Positions 49,083 through 61,400 are shown, counted from the first letter of the stretch. The stretch is 64,000 bases of DNA from Eledone cirrhosa (GCA_964016885.1 OZ024740.1:131688001-131752000), one strand, 5' to 3'. Made by a program: numbers and translations. The notes: generated by a model not told the origin, from the sequence alone.

Positions 49083-52000
49083 TTACAGACACATACTCAG
49101 AGAAGGCCCATTCATTCGGGCCATACTTGCTTCTCTCACCCATCTTTCAACAAAATGCTGGGAAGAGAGCACTTCCCTCTCTACCCTGATTTTCCTTTTC
49201 AAATGAAATTTGAAAAAGTTAATCAGGGCATCACCGAAGAGGTAAGTGCTCGTCTTCAGCCCTTTCAAACGTGTCCACCATACTATCTCTTTCGCCATGG
49301 CCACCAGACAGATAAAAACTGCCTGCCCTTCCAGGCTAAAGGAAGGGGGCGGGGCAATCCTCACGATGGACTCAGCTGATAGCTGGATAGGTCCTACACG
49401 TGACAGCAGGTGTTCGACATAAACCCACAAGTCAGCAATGCTCGGACACTGGACGAGTGCGTGCAGGACGGTTTCGTCGCCCTGCGCGCATCTCGAACAC
49501 GCCCGGATGACGGCACCTCCATGCCTGTAGAGTTTATCCCGAACTGGCAAAGCTCCTCGGTAGCACTGCCAGGCCAGGGATTTCTGGAAGTTGTCCATAG
49601 GCCGCGGCCCGAAAGTCCTTCCGAAGAGATTGGCTAGTTGATTTTCGTCGACGCCTAGAGTTTCTCCAAGTACGTCGTCGCTCTTCCCCTCCACTAATCC
49701 CCTATAGAACGCCAAGGTGGAGTTTCCACCGATCACATTGCCCGATTGGTCGAGGGCTGTGAGCGCCTGAAGACATTCCAGTCTCCAAGCGCTCCCTCTC
49801 GGTCTTCGCTTGACCCAGGACTGCAGCTCCGTCAAGGAGACGAGCTGGGGAAAAACGTGTCTTGCAAACGGCGACCACACCTGATCACCGTCGAGGAAGA
49901 GGTGGAGATGTCGTAGCCTGAGCGCGCGTCTGCGCATCATCAGCCACGGCATGCCCAGCCCTCCACGTAGCGGGTGTTGACAGCAGATGGACCGCCTGAC
50001 CATCGGAGCGCGTCCCTTCCACAAAAAGCGAAAGAGCAAACGCTCCAGCGCAGTCAGGCGGGGCTTAGGACAAGGTACGACGGTCAGGCGGTAGTAGATG
50101 ACGGATGCGATGTACGCATTCGCCACCTCCGCTCGACCTTTTAGGGATAGCTTCCTCTCGGCCCATTTCTGGGTGAGAGAAGCCACCCTGCTCGTCACCT
50201 CGTCCCAGTTTTTGTCCGTCTGGAGGTCTGGACCGAACCAGACCCCTAGCAATTTAACCGGTCCGTCCGTCCAGCGCCCGACGACGCTGTTGGACGGCAT
50301 GGACCTGCCTCTCCAGGTGCCGAGCTGCAGGCCCACTGACTTTTCCTGGTTGATCATTGCTCCTGTCACCGCTTCGTATTCTCTTAGTGTAGTGCCGATC
50401 GCCTCGATGTGTTTGGCGTTCGACACCACTACGGTGACATCGTCGGCATATGCTGACACGGATCTTCCGCATCCTAGTTCGCGCGGGACCCCCCTCAACG
50501 TCTCCAGTTTGAGCAGTAATGGCTCGAGAGTCAATACGTACAATAGGGACGAGAGGGGACATCCTTGGCGGACCGAGCGCATGATGTTGAACGGTTCCGA
50601 AAGGTGACCGTTCACTCTCACTACAGAGTAGATGTCGCTGTGCATGGCAGCGATCCAGCCTCTGAAGACTGGCCCAAAGCCAGCCGCCCTCAGGACTGCC
50701 ACTAGGTAACGATGGTCGACACTATCGAAGGCTTTCGACTGATCTAAATTGATCAAAGACCCACCCGTGCCAGGTTCCCTAGCTACCCTCTCTACGATGT
50801 ATCGCATGAGGTGGAGGTTGTCGTGAATGGATCTGTCGGGAATGGCGCATGTCTGTGCCTCTCCCACCAGACCACCAACGAGAAGCGCCAACCTCTTTGC
50901 TAGCACCTTGGCCAAAATCTTGAACTCTGTGTTTAGCAGAGTTATGGGCCTACAATTATCTATGTTATCCCCCTTGTTCGGATCCTTTCTCAGCAGCGCC
51001 ACCGCTCCTTGGCTCACAGAGCTGGGAATTCTCCCGTTCTGTTGCCAGTTGCAGTAGACGTCCGCCAAGAGGCCTCCGAACAAGTTTGGCATTTGTACGT
51101 AAAGTTCATAGGGCAGACCATCCAAACCAGGCGATTTGCCCCTTGTGCAACTAGTCATTGCATCCCGTACTTCAGCGGTTGTTATCGGCTTTTCGCAACA
51201 CTCCGCCTCAGTGGCCGAAAGCCGCGGCAGTCCGTCGAGGTAGACACTAAAGTCCATCCCTCGATCCGGCCCGCCACTGCCCCCGAACAGTTGAGCGAAG
51301 TGTCGCTGAAAAGCTTCACACATCTGCCCGGGATCGAGTAGCATGCGCCCGTCGTGGTCCACCAAAGACCGGATCGTGGCTTTGTTGCCACGACGCGCCT
51401 CCGCCACTCGGGCCCATTCAACGGCTTTCGTCCCCGCGTGTCTGAGAGCACGCACCCTAGCTCTGACAACGCAGCCTTCGTGCTTTGCATTGAAGAATTG
51501 GTCAAGGGCCAATTTCGCCGCAAGTACGTCGGTCGCGATGCCTTTGCTAAGCGCCTCATCTAATTTTCTAACTAATTCTCCCTCTGCTCTATTTTTCTCT
51601 ATTGCTAAAGTCTTACTAAACCTAATGGACTCTATTCTAATTGCTCTTTTCAGAGCAAACCACCACTTGTTGTTGACGATGGCCCCCGTCAACGCCCGCT
51701 TAACTAGTTCGCTAATCCGGTCTCTGTAGGCCTTGCGCGCTGGTAAGGACGCGTTTAGCTTCCAGTAGCCGGATCCTCGTCTATGAAGCCTATCTAAGTC
51801 AAGCACACAGATCACGAATTTGTGGTCCGTGTAGCTGACTATCTTGAATTGTGGACAGCCTATGCTAGACCTATCTATTTCCCTACAAAATACTCTATCT
51901 AGATATGATCTGGATGACCCTATGCCATTTGTCCAAGTCCACATTGGTACATTCGGGAAATCCATTCGGTACCTGTCAGACAGTTCAAAACGTCTGGGCA

Positions 52001-52502
52001 GGTTGGTGAGACTCTTGCACCCTCCTTCCCTATCCACTAATCCCACACAATCCCAGCGTGCATCTAAGATCCCGTTCCAGTCGCCCACTAACACTAAAGA
52101 GCGGGACGTTCCAAGAAAGGTCTCCAGACGCCGGAAGAAATCAGGCCGCCCTGCTCCTGTCGGGGCATAGACGGCCACTAACCTGAAAGCTTGCCCGTCT
52201 CCGCTGGTCACGTTCAGCACCACCAACTTACCTTCTGGGTCCAGGAAGATGGCCCGTATGGCAAGATCCAAACCTCTCCGAAAAAGCACAGCAACTCCTC
52301 CCCCCGATCCCGGACGGCTGGGAGATGCGTACACATCGTAGCCGCCGAAGATCGGTGCGAAAGCCTGTGCTTCGGAGATTCTGGTCTCGCTGATGGCCAC
52401 TACATCTATGTTTAGTGACCTGAGGTCGTTGAGCAGGTGGCCCTGCTTCCATGACGACCCCAAGCCACGCGCATTTATGCTGCCTATTCTGAGTGAGGTC
52501 AT
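49083..52502 (-). CDS. Tx1-like ORF2: APE endonuclease + reverse transcriptase + C-terminal Cys motif
   Basis: Uninterrupted from ATG 52502 (MTSLRIGSINARGL, SETR, VYAP, GDWN, YLDRV, TDH; KSPGLDG, DQSKAFD, VRQGCPLS, YADD, LLGV; CSRC..ETVLHALVQC). Confidence 0.93.
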   Translation of the reverse strand: MTSLRIGSINARGLGSSWKQGHLLNDLRSLNIDVVAISETRISEAQAFAPIFGGYDVYASPSRPGSGGGVAVLFRRGLDLAIRAIFLDPEGKLVVLNVTSGDGQAFRLVAVYAPTGAGRPDFFRRLETFLGTSRSLVLVGDWNGILDARWDCVGLVDREGGCKSLTNLPRRFELSDRYRMDFPNVPMWTWTNGIGSSRSYLDRVFCREIDRSSIGCPQFKIVSYTDHKFVICVLDLDRLHRRGSGYWKLNASLPARKAYRDRISELVKRALTGAIVNNKWWFALKRAIRIESIRFSKTLAIEKNRAEGELVRKLDEALSKGIATDVLAAKLALDQFFNAKHEGCVVRARVRALRHAGTKAVEWARVAEARRGNKATIRSLVDHDGRMLLDPGQMCEAFQRHFAQLFGGSGGPDRGMDFSVYLDGLPRLSATEAECCEKPITTAEVRDAMTSCTRGKSPGLDGLPYELYVQMPNLFGGLLADVYCNWQQNGRIPSSVSQGAVALLRKDPNKGDNIDNCRPITLLNTEFKILAKVLAKRLALLVGGLVGEAQTCAIPDRSIHDNLHLMRYIVERVAREPGTGGSLINLDQSKAFDSVDHRYLVAVLRAAGFGPVFRGWIAAMHSDIYSVVRVNGHLSEPFNIMRSVRQGCPLSSLLYVLTLEPLLLKLETLRGVPRELGCGRSVSAYADDVTVVVSNAKHIEAIGTTLREYEAVTGAMINQEKSVGLQLGTWRGRSMPSNSVVGRWTDGPVKLLGVWFGPDLQTDKNWDEVTSRVASLTQKWAERKLSLKGRAEVANAYIASVIYYRLTVVPCPKPRLTALERLLFRFLWKGRAPMVRRSICCQHPLRGGLGMPWLMMRRRALRLRHLHLFLDGDQVWSPFARHVFPQLVSLTELQSWVKRRPRGSAWRLECLQALTALDQSGNVIGGNSTLAFYRGLVEGKSDDVLGETLGVDENQLANLFGRTFGPRPMDNFQKSLAWQCYRGALPVRDKLYRHGGAVIRACSRCAQGDETVLHALVQCPSIADLWVYVEHLLSRVGPIQLSAESIVRIAPPPSFSLEGQAVFICLVAMAKEIVWWTRLKGLKTSTYLFGDALINFFKFHLKRKIRVEREVLSSQHFVERWVREASMARMNGPSLSMCL

Positions 52503-52536
52503 GTTGAAAAGGAGTGGAAAAGATGGGAAAGACAAC

Positions 52537-54535
52537 TTACCTTACTTCTCGTAGGGGAAGGACGGTTTTTCCATCCTTTTCACTGCTTGTGGCCTCCTCA
52601 GGAAGGATGTCCTTATAAATCCTCCTGGAGAGTGCTTGTCGGAAGTCTCCGATGTCTTTGGGGAATTTTTGTTTTAGTGTCATGTACGTTTTCTGTGTGA
52701 TGCGAGTGATTTGTATGTGTGGAGGTGGTGTGAATTTTGGGGTTGTTGTGTAGTCTTTTTCTGTGATGCTGGTGTTGTGTTGGATGTAGTGCAATAATTG
52801 TTTGTTGTTCAAATTTAATGCTGTGTAGTGTGTATCGTTTTGGTTGTTTTGTTTTGTTTGCGTTTGTTGTGGGTTTGTTTCTGTTTCGCATTTTGGTGAC
52901 TTTTGTGGTGTAGGTGATGGTGGTGTTGGAGTTAATGATGGTGATGGTGTTGGTGTTTGGGTTGATGGGGTTGGTGATGCTGGTGTGGATGGTGGCATAT
53001 CTGTCCTAACTTTTTTGTTTCTTAGTTTATTTGTTTCCCTCTGTATTTTGTTTTTGGAGGGGGAAGGAAGAGAATTTTTTCTTTTTTGGTTTCTTTTTTT
53101 TTTCCGGATATCGTTTCCCACTCCTCGTCGTCACAATCTGTCTCCAGTTGCGATAGGCCGGGGAGTGGAAAATCCTCCACAGCCGTTAGTTTTGGTTGTG
53201 GTGTGGTGGATGGTGTAGGCGCTGGTGCTAGTTCTGAAGCGTTGGGTGGTGGTGGTGTTGGTTTTGCTGGTGGTGGTAGTGGTGTTGGTTTTGCTACTGT
53301 TGCTGGGGTTGTTGCTGTTATAGTTGCTTCTGTTGTTGCTGCTACAGTTGTTGCTGGCATCTCTGCTACTGGTGGTGTTGATGGTTGTGTCACTGGGGTG
53401 GGTAGGAGAGGTGGCTTCAACCTTTTAGCCTGAGGGCAGAAAGCCCTTAGGTGGGTTCCTTCACCACAAACGACACACCTAGGTCTTCTGCCCTCGACAA
53501 TTACCGTGAGGTGGCTGCAGTCAGTGAGGTCTATTACCTCTGGGATCTCCTCAATGCTTTTTTGGTCCGCTTGGATCAGGAGCTCCATCCCAGATCCGGA
53601 CCAGTTTTCCTGCTTTTCTTTTGCTATTGTTATTATTTTCGTGTTGGCCTCGATGCCGGCGATGACAGCCGCTATTAGCCAGGGAATTTCGATGGCCGGT
53701 GGAACGTGGGTCACCCTGATCTTTACGAGTCTCTGGTCACAATAGCTTGGGACGAGTGTGAAGTCGTCACTTTTTAATGGGGCCATGGAGTGTTCTCTAG
53801 CCTCCTCTGGTGTTTCAAAGAGCACATCCACGGTTCCATACTTTTGCCCACGTCTGAAGTGGGTTTTTCTTGCCCACACATGTCCCAAAGCTTTTTGGAT
53901 TTGGGACTCGGATGCCCGTTCCACTCGGCGCGATTTTACATTTATTGTTCTATACGACACGGTGCATAGGCGCCGATGCTCCATTTTACTAGGTGGGGGG
54001 GGGGGGGTGAGGCTGACCCTGTACCCATCTTTCTTTACCATTTGTTTGGCATTTTCTAAATCTTCTTGTGTTACGGTAGATGCTTCGAATTGTTTTGCTA
54101 CTCTGGCGAAACTGAGGGGGGGGGGGGGGTGTTTATAATGTCATTGTTGTTGTTGTTGCTATCGTTAATATTAATTTTAGTTTCAGTTGTGGTGGTGACG
54201 TCAGTCGTCTTTGGTGGGGAAGAGTCCATTTTGCTTGATTTCATTTCGACATCACGAGTTAATTTATTTTTTTTTTATTTTGTTTCTGTTGTTGCGGTGG
54301 TGGTGGTGGTGGTGGTGGTTGTCACGGTGGTGGTGGTGGTGGAGGCTTTAACACCTGCAGTCATTGGTAATGGTGGGAAATGAATGTCTGCCTGAGACAA
54401 ATTTAAAATATTGCTACTGCTTATATTTTTTTTTGTGTTGGCAAAGGTAGTAACATTTACAATGGTGGTGTCGGTGTGAGGTGTTATTTTGTGAGGAAGG
54501 CTTTCAGCTGCTTCGTGCAGAGGTGAAGTAGCCAT
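52537..54535 (-). pseudogene. Tx1-like ORF1 (gag-like, CCHC zinc knuckle), interrupted
   Basis: Pieces 54275-54535, 53022-54041 (CVVCGEGTHLRAFC) and 52537-53121; one in-frame TAA inside an A-run and two frameshifts at homopolymers. Confidence 0.78.
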
Positions 54536-54744
54536 TTTTTTTCAAAGAAATTTTTTGATAATAATAAAAGTTAAAATTTTGGGCACAAGGCCCCAATCTT
54601 TTTAGGTGTCCTTTTCGGAAAACAATGTATGTGTGCTTATAAACAGTTAACAATAAAATGTTCCATAAATGGCAATTTTTAAACAAACGGAAATAACAAA
54701 CCTTTGCGGAGCTCACGATAATACGATTTCCTACGTAGGTTGCC

Positions 54745-54791
<47 letters not shown>

Positions 54792-54798
54792 TAATAAT

Positions 54799-56866
54799 AA
54801 ATTACAGACTGATAACTTGCTTGACCACAATGTATAAAATTTTAACATCAGTCCTAACTGAATATACATATGGCCACCTGATAACAAATGACATATTTCC
54901 CATTGAGCAGAAAGGGTGTAACGTGGCTCATATGTCTGTAAGGATCAGCTCTTGTTTGACAAAATGATACTGGAAGATTGTCATAATAGACACACAAATC
55001 TATCAATTGCTTGGATAGATTATAAAAAAGCATTCGATAGTTTGTCACACAGTTGGATTGAAAAATGTTTAGAGATTTTCAAAATATCTCCCGTTATCAG
55101 GAAGTTCTTGTCATTCAGTATGAAGACATGGAAAACGACACTCCTTTGGAATAGTGAAAAGGAATCATTGGAAGCTGGAGAAGTTAATATTAACTGTGGA
55201 ATTTTTCAGGGTGACTCTTTATCACCGCTTTTATTCTGCATCGCACTTATACCATTAAGTAAAATGCTCAATGAAACAAAACATGGATATAAAGACTATG
55301 ACAAAACCATTAATCATTTGTTCTACATGGATGACCTGAAACTATTTGCCAAAAATGATGAACAATTTTAAGGGCTATTATCCACTGTGGAGCAGTTCAG
55401 TGATGACATTAAATTTACAAATATCTAGGTGTTTGTGAAAGAGATGGAATCAAGCACTCGACAATGAGGGAAAGGAAAAGGAAGGAATGTTACCGCAGAG
55501 TAAGGACAATCTTAAGAACAGAATGGAATGCAAAGAATAGAATCGATGCCATAAACACGCTTGCCATACCAGTAGTAACCTACAGTTACAATGTCATGAA
55601 CTGGTCAGGCACAGAGATCCGTAGGCTCGATACAAAAATTAGAAAGTTCGTAACCATGCACACCCTAAGGGAGATAGAGATAGAATATATCTCCCTAGGT
55701 AAGAAGGAGGACGTGGGTTAATCTAGTTAGATATTGCGTTGAAAACTGCAACAATTGGATTATCTACATATCTAAGGCAATCACATGATTGTATGATCAA
55801 ACTCGTTTTGAAACACGAAAGCATCAAAAGTTCATACTCCATTACAAAAGATGCACAAAGATACAGTAATGGACTACACATTTCAGAAGTCCCATTTACT
55901 GCTGAAATGGAAAACACAGGAAAGGCAAACCAGGTAAAAGTAACTGCAAAGAAAGAACTGTTACAGAAACTGGCAAGAAAAGCCTCTGTATGGAAAATAC
56001 ACAGAAAGAGCTAACAATCCTGATGTTGACAAAACTTTAACCCATAAGTGGTTGGCATCCTCTGGACTGAAGGACTGATTATATCAGTAAAAGATCAGTG
56101 GCTGCCAACAAAAAATTACCAAGCCAACATAATAAAAAATGGAAGCAACCCATTATGCCGTGTATGTAAATGACAACCAGAGACCATTAATCATATAATT
56201 TCAATGTGCAGTCCTATAGCTCCAACCGAATACCTAAACAGGCATGACATAGCTGCACAATACATACATTGGATAATGTGTATGCATTCTGACCTGCCCC
56301 ATCAAAAGGATTGCTCGGAGCATCAACCACCTCCCATACTTGAAAAAGATCACATCTCAATCTTGTGGAACTTTAGCATCCAAACAGACCGAAAAATAGA
56401 TGCAAATAGACCTGATATAATATTGAAGGACTTTCAAAGGAGGGTATGCCTGCTAATTGATATGTCTGTTCCAATAGACAAGAATGTATCTATAAAAACA
56501 TTTGAAAATTTGAGCAAGTATAAGGACCTGGAGACAGAAATTGGAAAAATGTGGAAATTGAGAACTAAAACAATACCAGTGGTTGTAGGCGCTCTAGGAA
56601 TGATACCTAAGGGGTCTAATGATTACTTATCGCAAATCCCAGGAAACCTGCGTATAGGAGAAGTACAAAATATAATACTAATGGGAACTACCCATATACT
56701 AGGGCAGATGCTGTCAATATAAGTACTTCACAAGTCTAAACATCTAAAGATGCATGTGTGTCTTTGTATGTTCTTTCTTGAACATGGCGGACCTTGTTGT
56801 CTCTTGAGGTCACTGGTTTTGACTTGGTGATAACTCGTATGAACATAATGCAAGATAAATGCAACT

Positions 56867-56867
<1 letters not shown>
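54799..56867 (+). mobile_element. R4/Dong-like family B, 5'-truncated and decayed
   Basis: ORF pieces 54952-55371 (FYMDDLKL), 55464-56014 and 56204-56722; 3'UTR plus (AAT)n. Confidence 0.92.
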
Positions 56868-56899
<32 letters not shown>

Positions 56900-56901
<2 letters not shown>

Positions 56902-57083
56902 TGTTTCTACTTTAGGCACAAGGCCAACAATTACCCAGTAGATTACTGTTACTTTATTTTATCGACCCCGTAAGGATGAAAGGCAAAGTTAACCTGGTCG
57001 GGATTTGAACTCAGACCGTAAAGGTACGTAACTATGTGCGAAAGCATGGCGTCCGACTCTCTAGCGATACTGTCAATCCACCG
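56900..57083 (-). mobile_element. tRNA-derived SINE (family 1), tail-to-tail with the family B element
   Basis: Reverse complement of the SINE head and core (ggatttgaactcag; atcgaccccgtaaggatgaaaggcaaag); (AAT)n on both sides. Confidence 0.85.
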
Positions 57084-58317
57084 AATAATAATAATACTGC
57101 TGCTGCTGTTAGTGCCATTTTGGTGACCAGTCTGCTCTCTGTCTTCAGCCGAAGAACAACTCGTATTCTCCTTTCTTAAGTCTTAATATTTAAATCTTGC
57201 TGAAGTCGTTCTTTTCTAAAATTTCTCATTTCAATTTTAAATTACAAGACAAGGAAAAAGTTTTCAAACTGAACATTGCAAATGTTGTTGAACATTTTCC
57301 TCGTATTGATTATACGGCATTTAAATTTACAACGTTATTTTTTTCATATATACATATCTGATAACCTCCTATTTCATGAGAATTGATACAACGTTGAATG
57401 TCACAAAATCATTAATGCTTCATGCAAAATTGCACCTAAACAATTACAAATAGTGTGTTGTACTTATACATACACACACCGAAATTATATATTTTCTTAT
57501 AATATATATTCCTGTTTGTCTGCTTCAGCTATACTTTACACCACTGCTTCCTTCTAGAATGAAATTCAATATGCTTTAGCAAGTCATCGTTGGTGATATT
57601 TATAGGCCATCACACATTGGCAGATTTTCAAGCATGTATGTGCAAACATTAGTTGCATCTGTAAGATATATTACATTTTATAAAGATAATGAATTATTCC
57701 CGGAGAATAAAAATCTAATGGAGAAACAGAAGCAAGAGACCAATTTTAGTTTTCAGAGTTACACACTCATATGTCACATAAATCATAGTCTGTTGAGGTT
57801 CGATTGGTTAACATAGGTGGAAAGTCAATGTATGTAAAAATCAACGCATGAATAATACGGACTATGAATATTTCATGTGCAAATATACTTGCGTAAATTT
57901 ATGTTTATTTATTTTGCATCGGTTCAACTTCCTGAGTTTACAGTTCGAAGTTAGCTGACTTGGTAAATATTTACAAAACAAAATAGAACAGTTCTGACAA
58001 GGCAAACATCTTGTAAATGCCAGTGAGAAAAAATTGTACAGACTTTAAGTGAAACGGACACTATTCAATGTAGCACTTACTGCAGTTAATACACAGTATG
58101 ATACATTGGAGACGGGGTGTGTATAAATACCATTAATAAAGTAATAGCAGCCTTGCCTTGATACTGGTAGTGCAGAAATCGCTTTATTTTTGTGACATAC
58201 GTTATTGACATACAAATTTATGACGTGGCATCATACACTTAGTCACACACATTTACACACACGCTCATAAATATATACATATATATCTATATATATATAT
58301 ATATATGTATATCTATA

Positions 58318-58375
<58 letters not shown>

Positions 58376-58486
58376 TTGAAAAAAATGAAAACGAAATTTC
58401 ATTTCTCACTCTTAGTATGGCACTTACTTAAATGTAAGTATGCATGCATACGTACATACATATATGTATACAGACGTACAGTAGCA

Positions 58487-58546
<60 letters not shown>

Positions 58547-58724
58547 CACATATATATACACATATGCATACAGGTACACATACATATATGCACGCATCAG
58601 TTTAGCCGACGTTTATTATAACGCCTGCTTTGTTCGTTTGTTTGTCAACAAATCGAACAGCCTGAATTTATGCCATACGGTGTTAAGGCAACCACGTCAC
58701 CTTTTCGTTCAACACTGACACTGG

Positions 58725-58769
58725 AACGATGTTCTAGTTTCAAGCTTGTTAGCTTTCATCAGCACCGTT
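58725..58769 (-). ncRNA. Hammerhead ribozyme, unit 1 (cleavage triplet mutated GUA>GAA)
   Basis: AACGGTG-CTGATGA-AAGCT-aaca-AGCTT-GAAA-CTAG-AA-CATCGTT. Confidence 0.65.
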
Positions 58770-59003
58770 TACCCATCTGCCAGATAGTTGAACGTTCGAA
58801 AGTATATACTTTCCTTATGAAAATTAACGGCTGAGCAGCCTAATTTGCATATTGAGTGAGTTAAATCGGTCAGGCATACCGAAAACGATAAGTTGAAAAA
58901 AATGAAAACGAAATTTCATTTCTCACTCTTAGTATGGCACTTACTTAAATGTAAGTATGCATGCATACGTACATACATATATGTATACAGACGTACAGTA
59001 GCA

Positions 59004-59057
<54 letters not shown>

Positions 59058-59227
59058 TATACACATATGCATACAGGTACACATACATATATGCACGCAT
59101 CAGTTTAGCCGACGTTTATTATAACGCCTGCTTTGTTCGTTTGTTTGTCAACAAATCGGACAGCCTGAATTTATGCCATACGGTGTTAAGGCAACCACGT
59201 CACCTTTTTGTTCAACACTGACACAGG

Positions 59228-59272
59228 AACGATGTACTAGTTTCAAGCTTATTAGCTATCATCAGCACCGTT
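59228..59272 (-). ncRNA. Hammerhead ribozyme, unit 2
   Basis: AACGGTG-CTGATGA-TAGCT-aata-AGCTT-GAAA-CTAG-TA^-CATCGTT. Confidence 0.8.
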
Positions 59273-59708
59273 TACCCATCTGCCAGATAGTTGAACGTTC
59301 GAAAGTATATACTTTCCTTATGAAAATTAACGGCTGAGCAGCCTAATTTGCATATTGAGTGAGTTAAATCGGTCAGGCATACCGAAAACGATAAGTTGAA
59401 AAAAATGAAAACGAAATTTCATTTCTCACTCTTAGTATGGCACTTACTTAAATGTAAGTATGCATGCATACGTACATACATATATGTATACAGACGTACA
59501 GTAGCACGCATATATATATATATATATATACACATATATATACACATATGCATACAGGTACACATACATATATGCACGCATCAGTTTAGCCGACGTTTAT
59601 TATAACGCCTGCTTTGTTCGTTTGTTTGTCAACAAATCGAACAGCCTGAATTTATGCCATACGGTGTTAAGGCAACCACGTCACCTTTTTGTTCAACACT
59701 GACACAGG

Positions 59709-59753
59709 AACGATGTACTAGTTTCAAGCTTGTTAGCTATCATCAGCACCGTT
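59709..59753 (-). ncRNA. Hammerhead ribozyme, unit 3
   Basis: AACGGTG-CTGATGA-TAGCT-aaca-AGCTT-GAAA-CTAG-TA^-CATCGTT. Confidence 0.8.
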
Positions 59754-59987
59754 TACCCATCTGCCAGATAGTTGAACGTTCGAAAGTATATACTTTCCTT
59801 ATGAAAATTAACGGCTGAGCAGCCTAATTTGCATATTGAGTGAGTTAAATCGGTCAGGCATACCGAAAACGATAAGTTGAAAAAAATGAAAACGAAATTT
59901 CATTTCTCACTCTTAGTATGGCACTTACTTAAATGTAAGTATGCATGCATACGTACATACATATATGTATACAGACGTACAGTAGCA

Positions 59988-60031
<44 letters not shown>

Positions 60032-60201
60032 TATACACATATGCATACAGGTACACATACATATATGCACGCATCAGTTTAGCCGACGTTTATTATAACG
60101 CCTGCTTTGTTCGTTTGTTTGTCAACAAATCGAACAGCCTGAATTTATGCCATACGGTGTTAAGGCAACCACGTCACCTTTTTGTTCAACACTGACACAG
60201 G

Positions 60202-60246
60202 AACGATGTACTAGTTTCAAGCTTGTTAGCTATCATCAGCACCGTT
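60202..60246 (-). ncRNA. Hammerhead ribozyme, unit 4
   Basis: Same motif as unit 3. Confidence 0.8.
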
Positions 60247-60480
60247 TACCCATCTGCCAGATAGTTGAACGTTCGAAAGTATATACTTTCCTTATGAAAA
60301 TTAACGGCTGAGCAGCCTAATTTGCATATTGAGTGAGTTAAATCGGTCAGGCATACCGAAAACGATAAGTTGAAAAAAATGAAAACGAAATTTCATTTCT
60401 CACTCTTAGTATGGCACTTACTTAAATGTAAGTATGCATGCATACGTACATACATATATGTATACAGACGTACAGTAGCA

Positions 60481-60532
<52 letters not shown>

Positions 60533-60702
60533 TATACACATATGCATACAGGTACACATACATATATGCACGCATCAGTTTAGCCGACGTTTATTATAAC
60601 GCCTGCTTTGTTCGTTTGTTTGTCAACAAATCGAACATCCTGAATTTATGCCATACGGTGTTAAGGCAACCACGTCACCTTTTTGTTCAACACTGACACA
60701 GG

Positions 60703-60747
60703 AACGATGTACTAGTTTCAAGCTTGTTAGCTATCATCAGCACCGTT
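60703..60747 (-). ncRNA. Hammerhead ribozyme, unit 5
   Basis: Same motif as unit 3. Confidence 0.8.
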
Positions 60748-60981
60748 TACCCATCTGCCAGATAGTTGAACGTTCGAAAGTATATACTTTCCTTATGAAA
60801 ATTAACGGCTGAGCAGCCTAATTTGCATATTGAGTGAGTTAAATCGGTCAGGCATACCAAAAACGATAAGTTGAAAAAAATGAAAACGAAATTTCATTTC
60901 TCACTCTTAGTATGGCACTTACTTAAATGTAAGTATGCATGCATATGTACATACATATATGTATACAGACGTACAGTAGCA

Positions 60982-61025
<44 letters not shown>

Positions 61026-61195
61026 TATACACATATGCATACAGGTACACATACATATATGCACGCATCAGTTTAGCCGACGTTTATTATAACGCCTGCT
61101 TTGTTCGTTTGTTTGTCAACAAATCGAACAGCCTGAATTTATGCCATACGGTGTTAAGGCAACCACGTCACCTTTTTGTTCAACACTGACACAGG

Positions 61196-61240
61196 AACGA
61201 TGTACTAGTTTGAAGCTTGTTAGCTATCATCAGCACCGTT
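61196..61240 (-). ncRNA. Hammerhead ribozyme, unit 6 (G12>C, probably inactive)
   Basis: GAAA reads CAAA (plus strand tttg). Confidence 0.6.
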
Positions 61241-61355
61241 TACCCATCTGCCAGATAGTTGAACGTTCGAAAGTATATAAATTAGGCTGCTCAGCCGTTA
61301 ATTTTCATAAGGAAAGTATATACTTTCGAACGTTCAACTATCTGGCAGATGGGTA

Positions 61356-61400
61356 AACGGTGCTGATGATAGCTAACAAGCTTGAAACTAGTACATCGTT
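61356..61400 (+). ncRNA. Hammerhead ribozyme in the inverted monomer
   Basis: aacggtg-ctgatga-tagct-aaca-agctt-gaaa-ctag-ta^-catcgtt. Confidence 0.8.

Larger units (their letters stand above)
48839..54744 (-). mobile_element. Full-length Tx1/L1-clade non-LTR retrotransposon (~5.9 kb) inserted in (TAA)n
   Basis: 5'UTR, ORF1, ORF2 and 3'UTR with AATAAA; (AAT)n directly at both ends (48790-48838 and 54745-54800). Confidence 0.92.

Noticed and set aside
58376-61092. Repeated small [24 protein letters not shown] as a peptide gene family
   Set aside because: The annotated start is TTG, and the frame runs through a variable (TA)n that changes the C-terminus between units; the conserved feature is the RNA structure on the other strand
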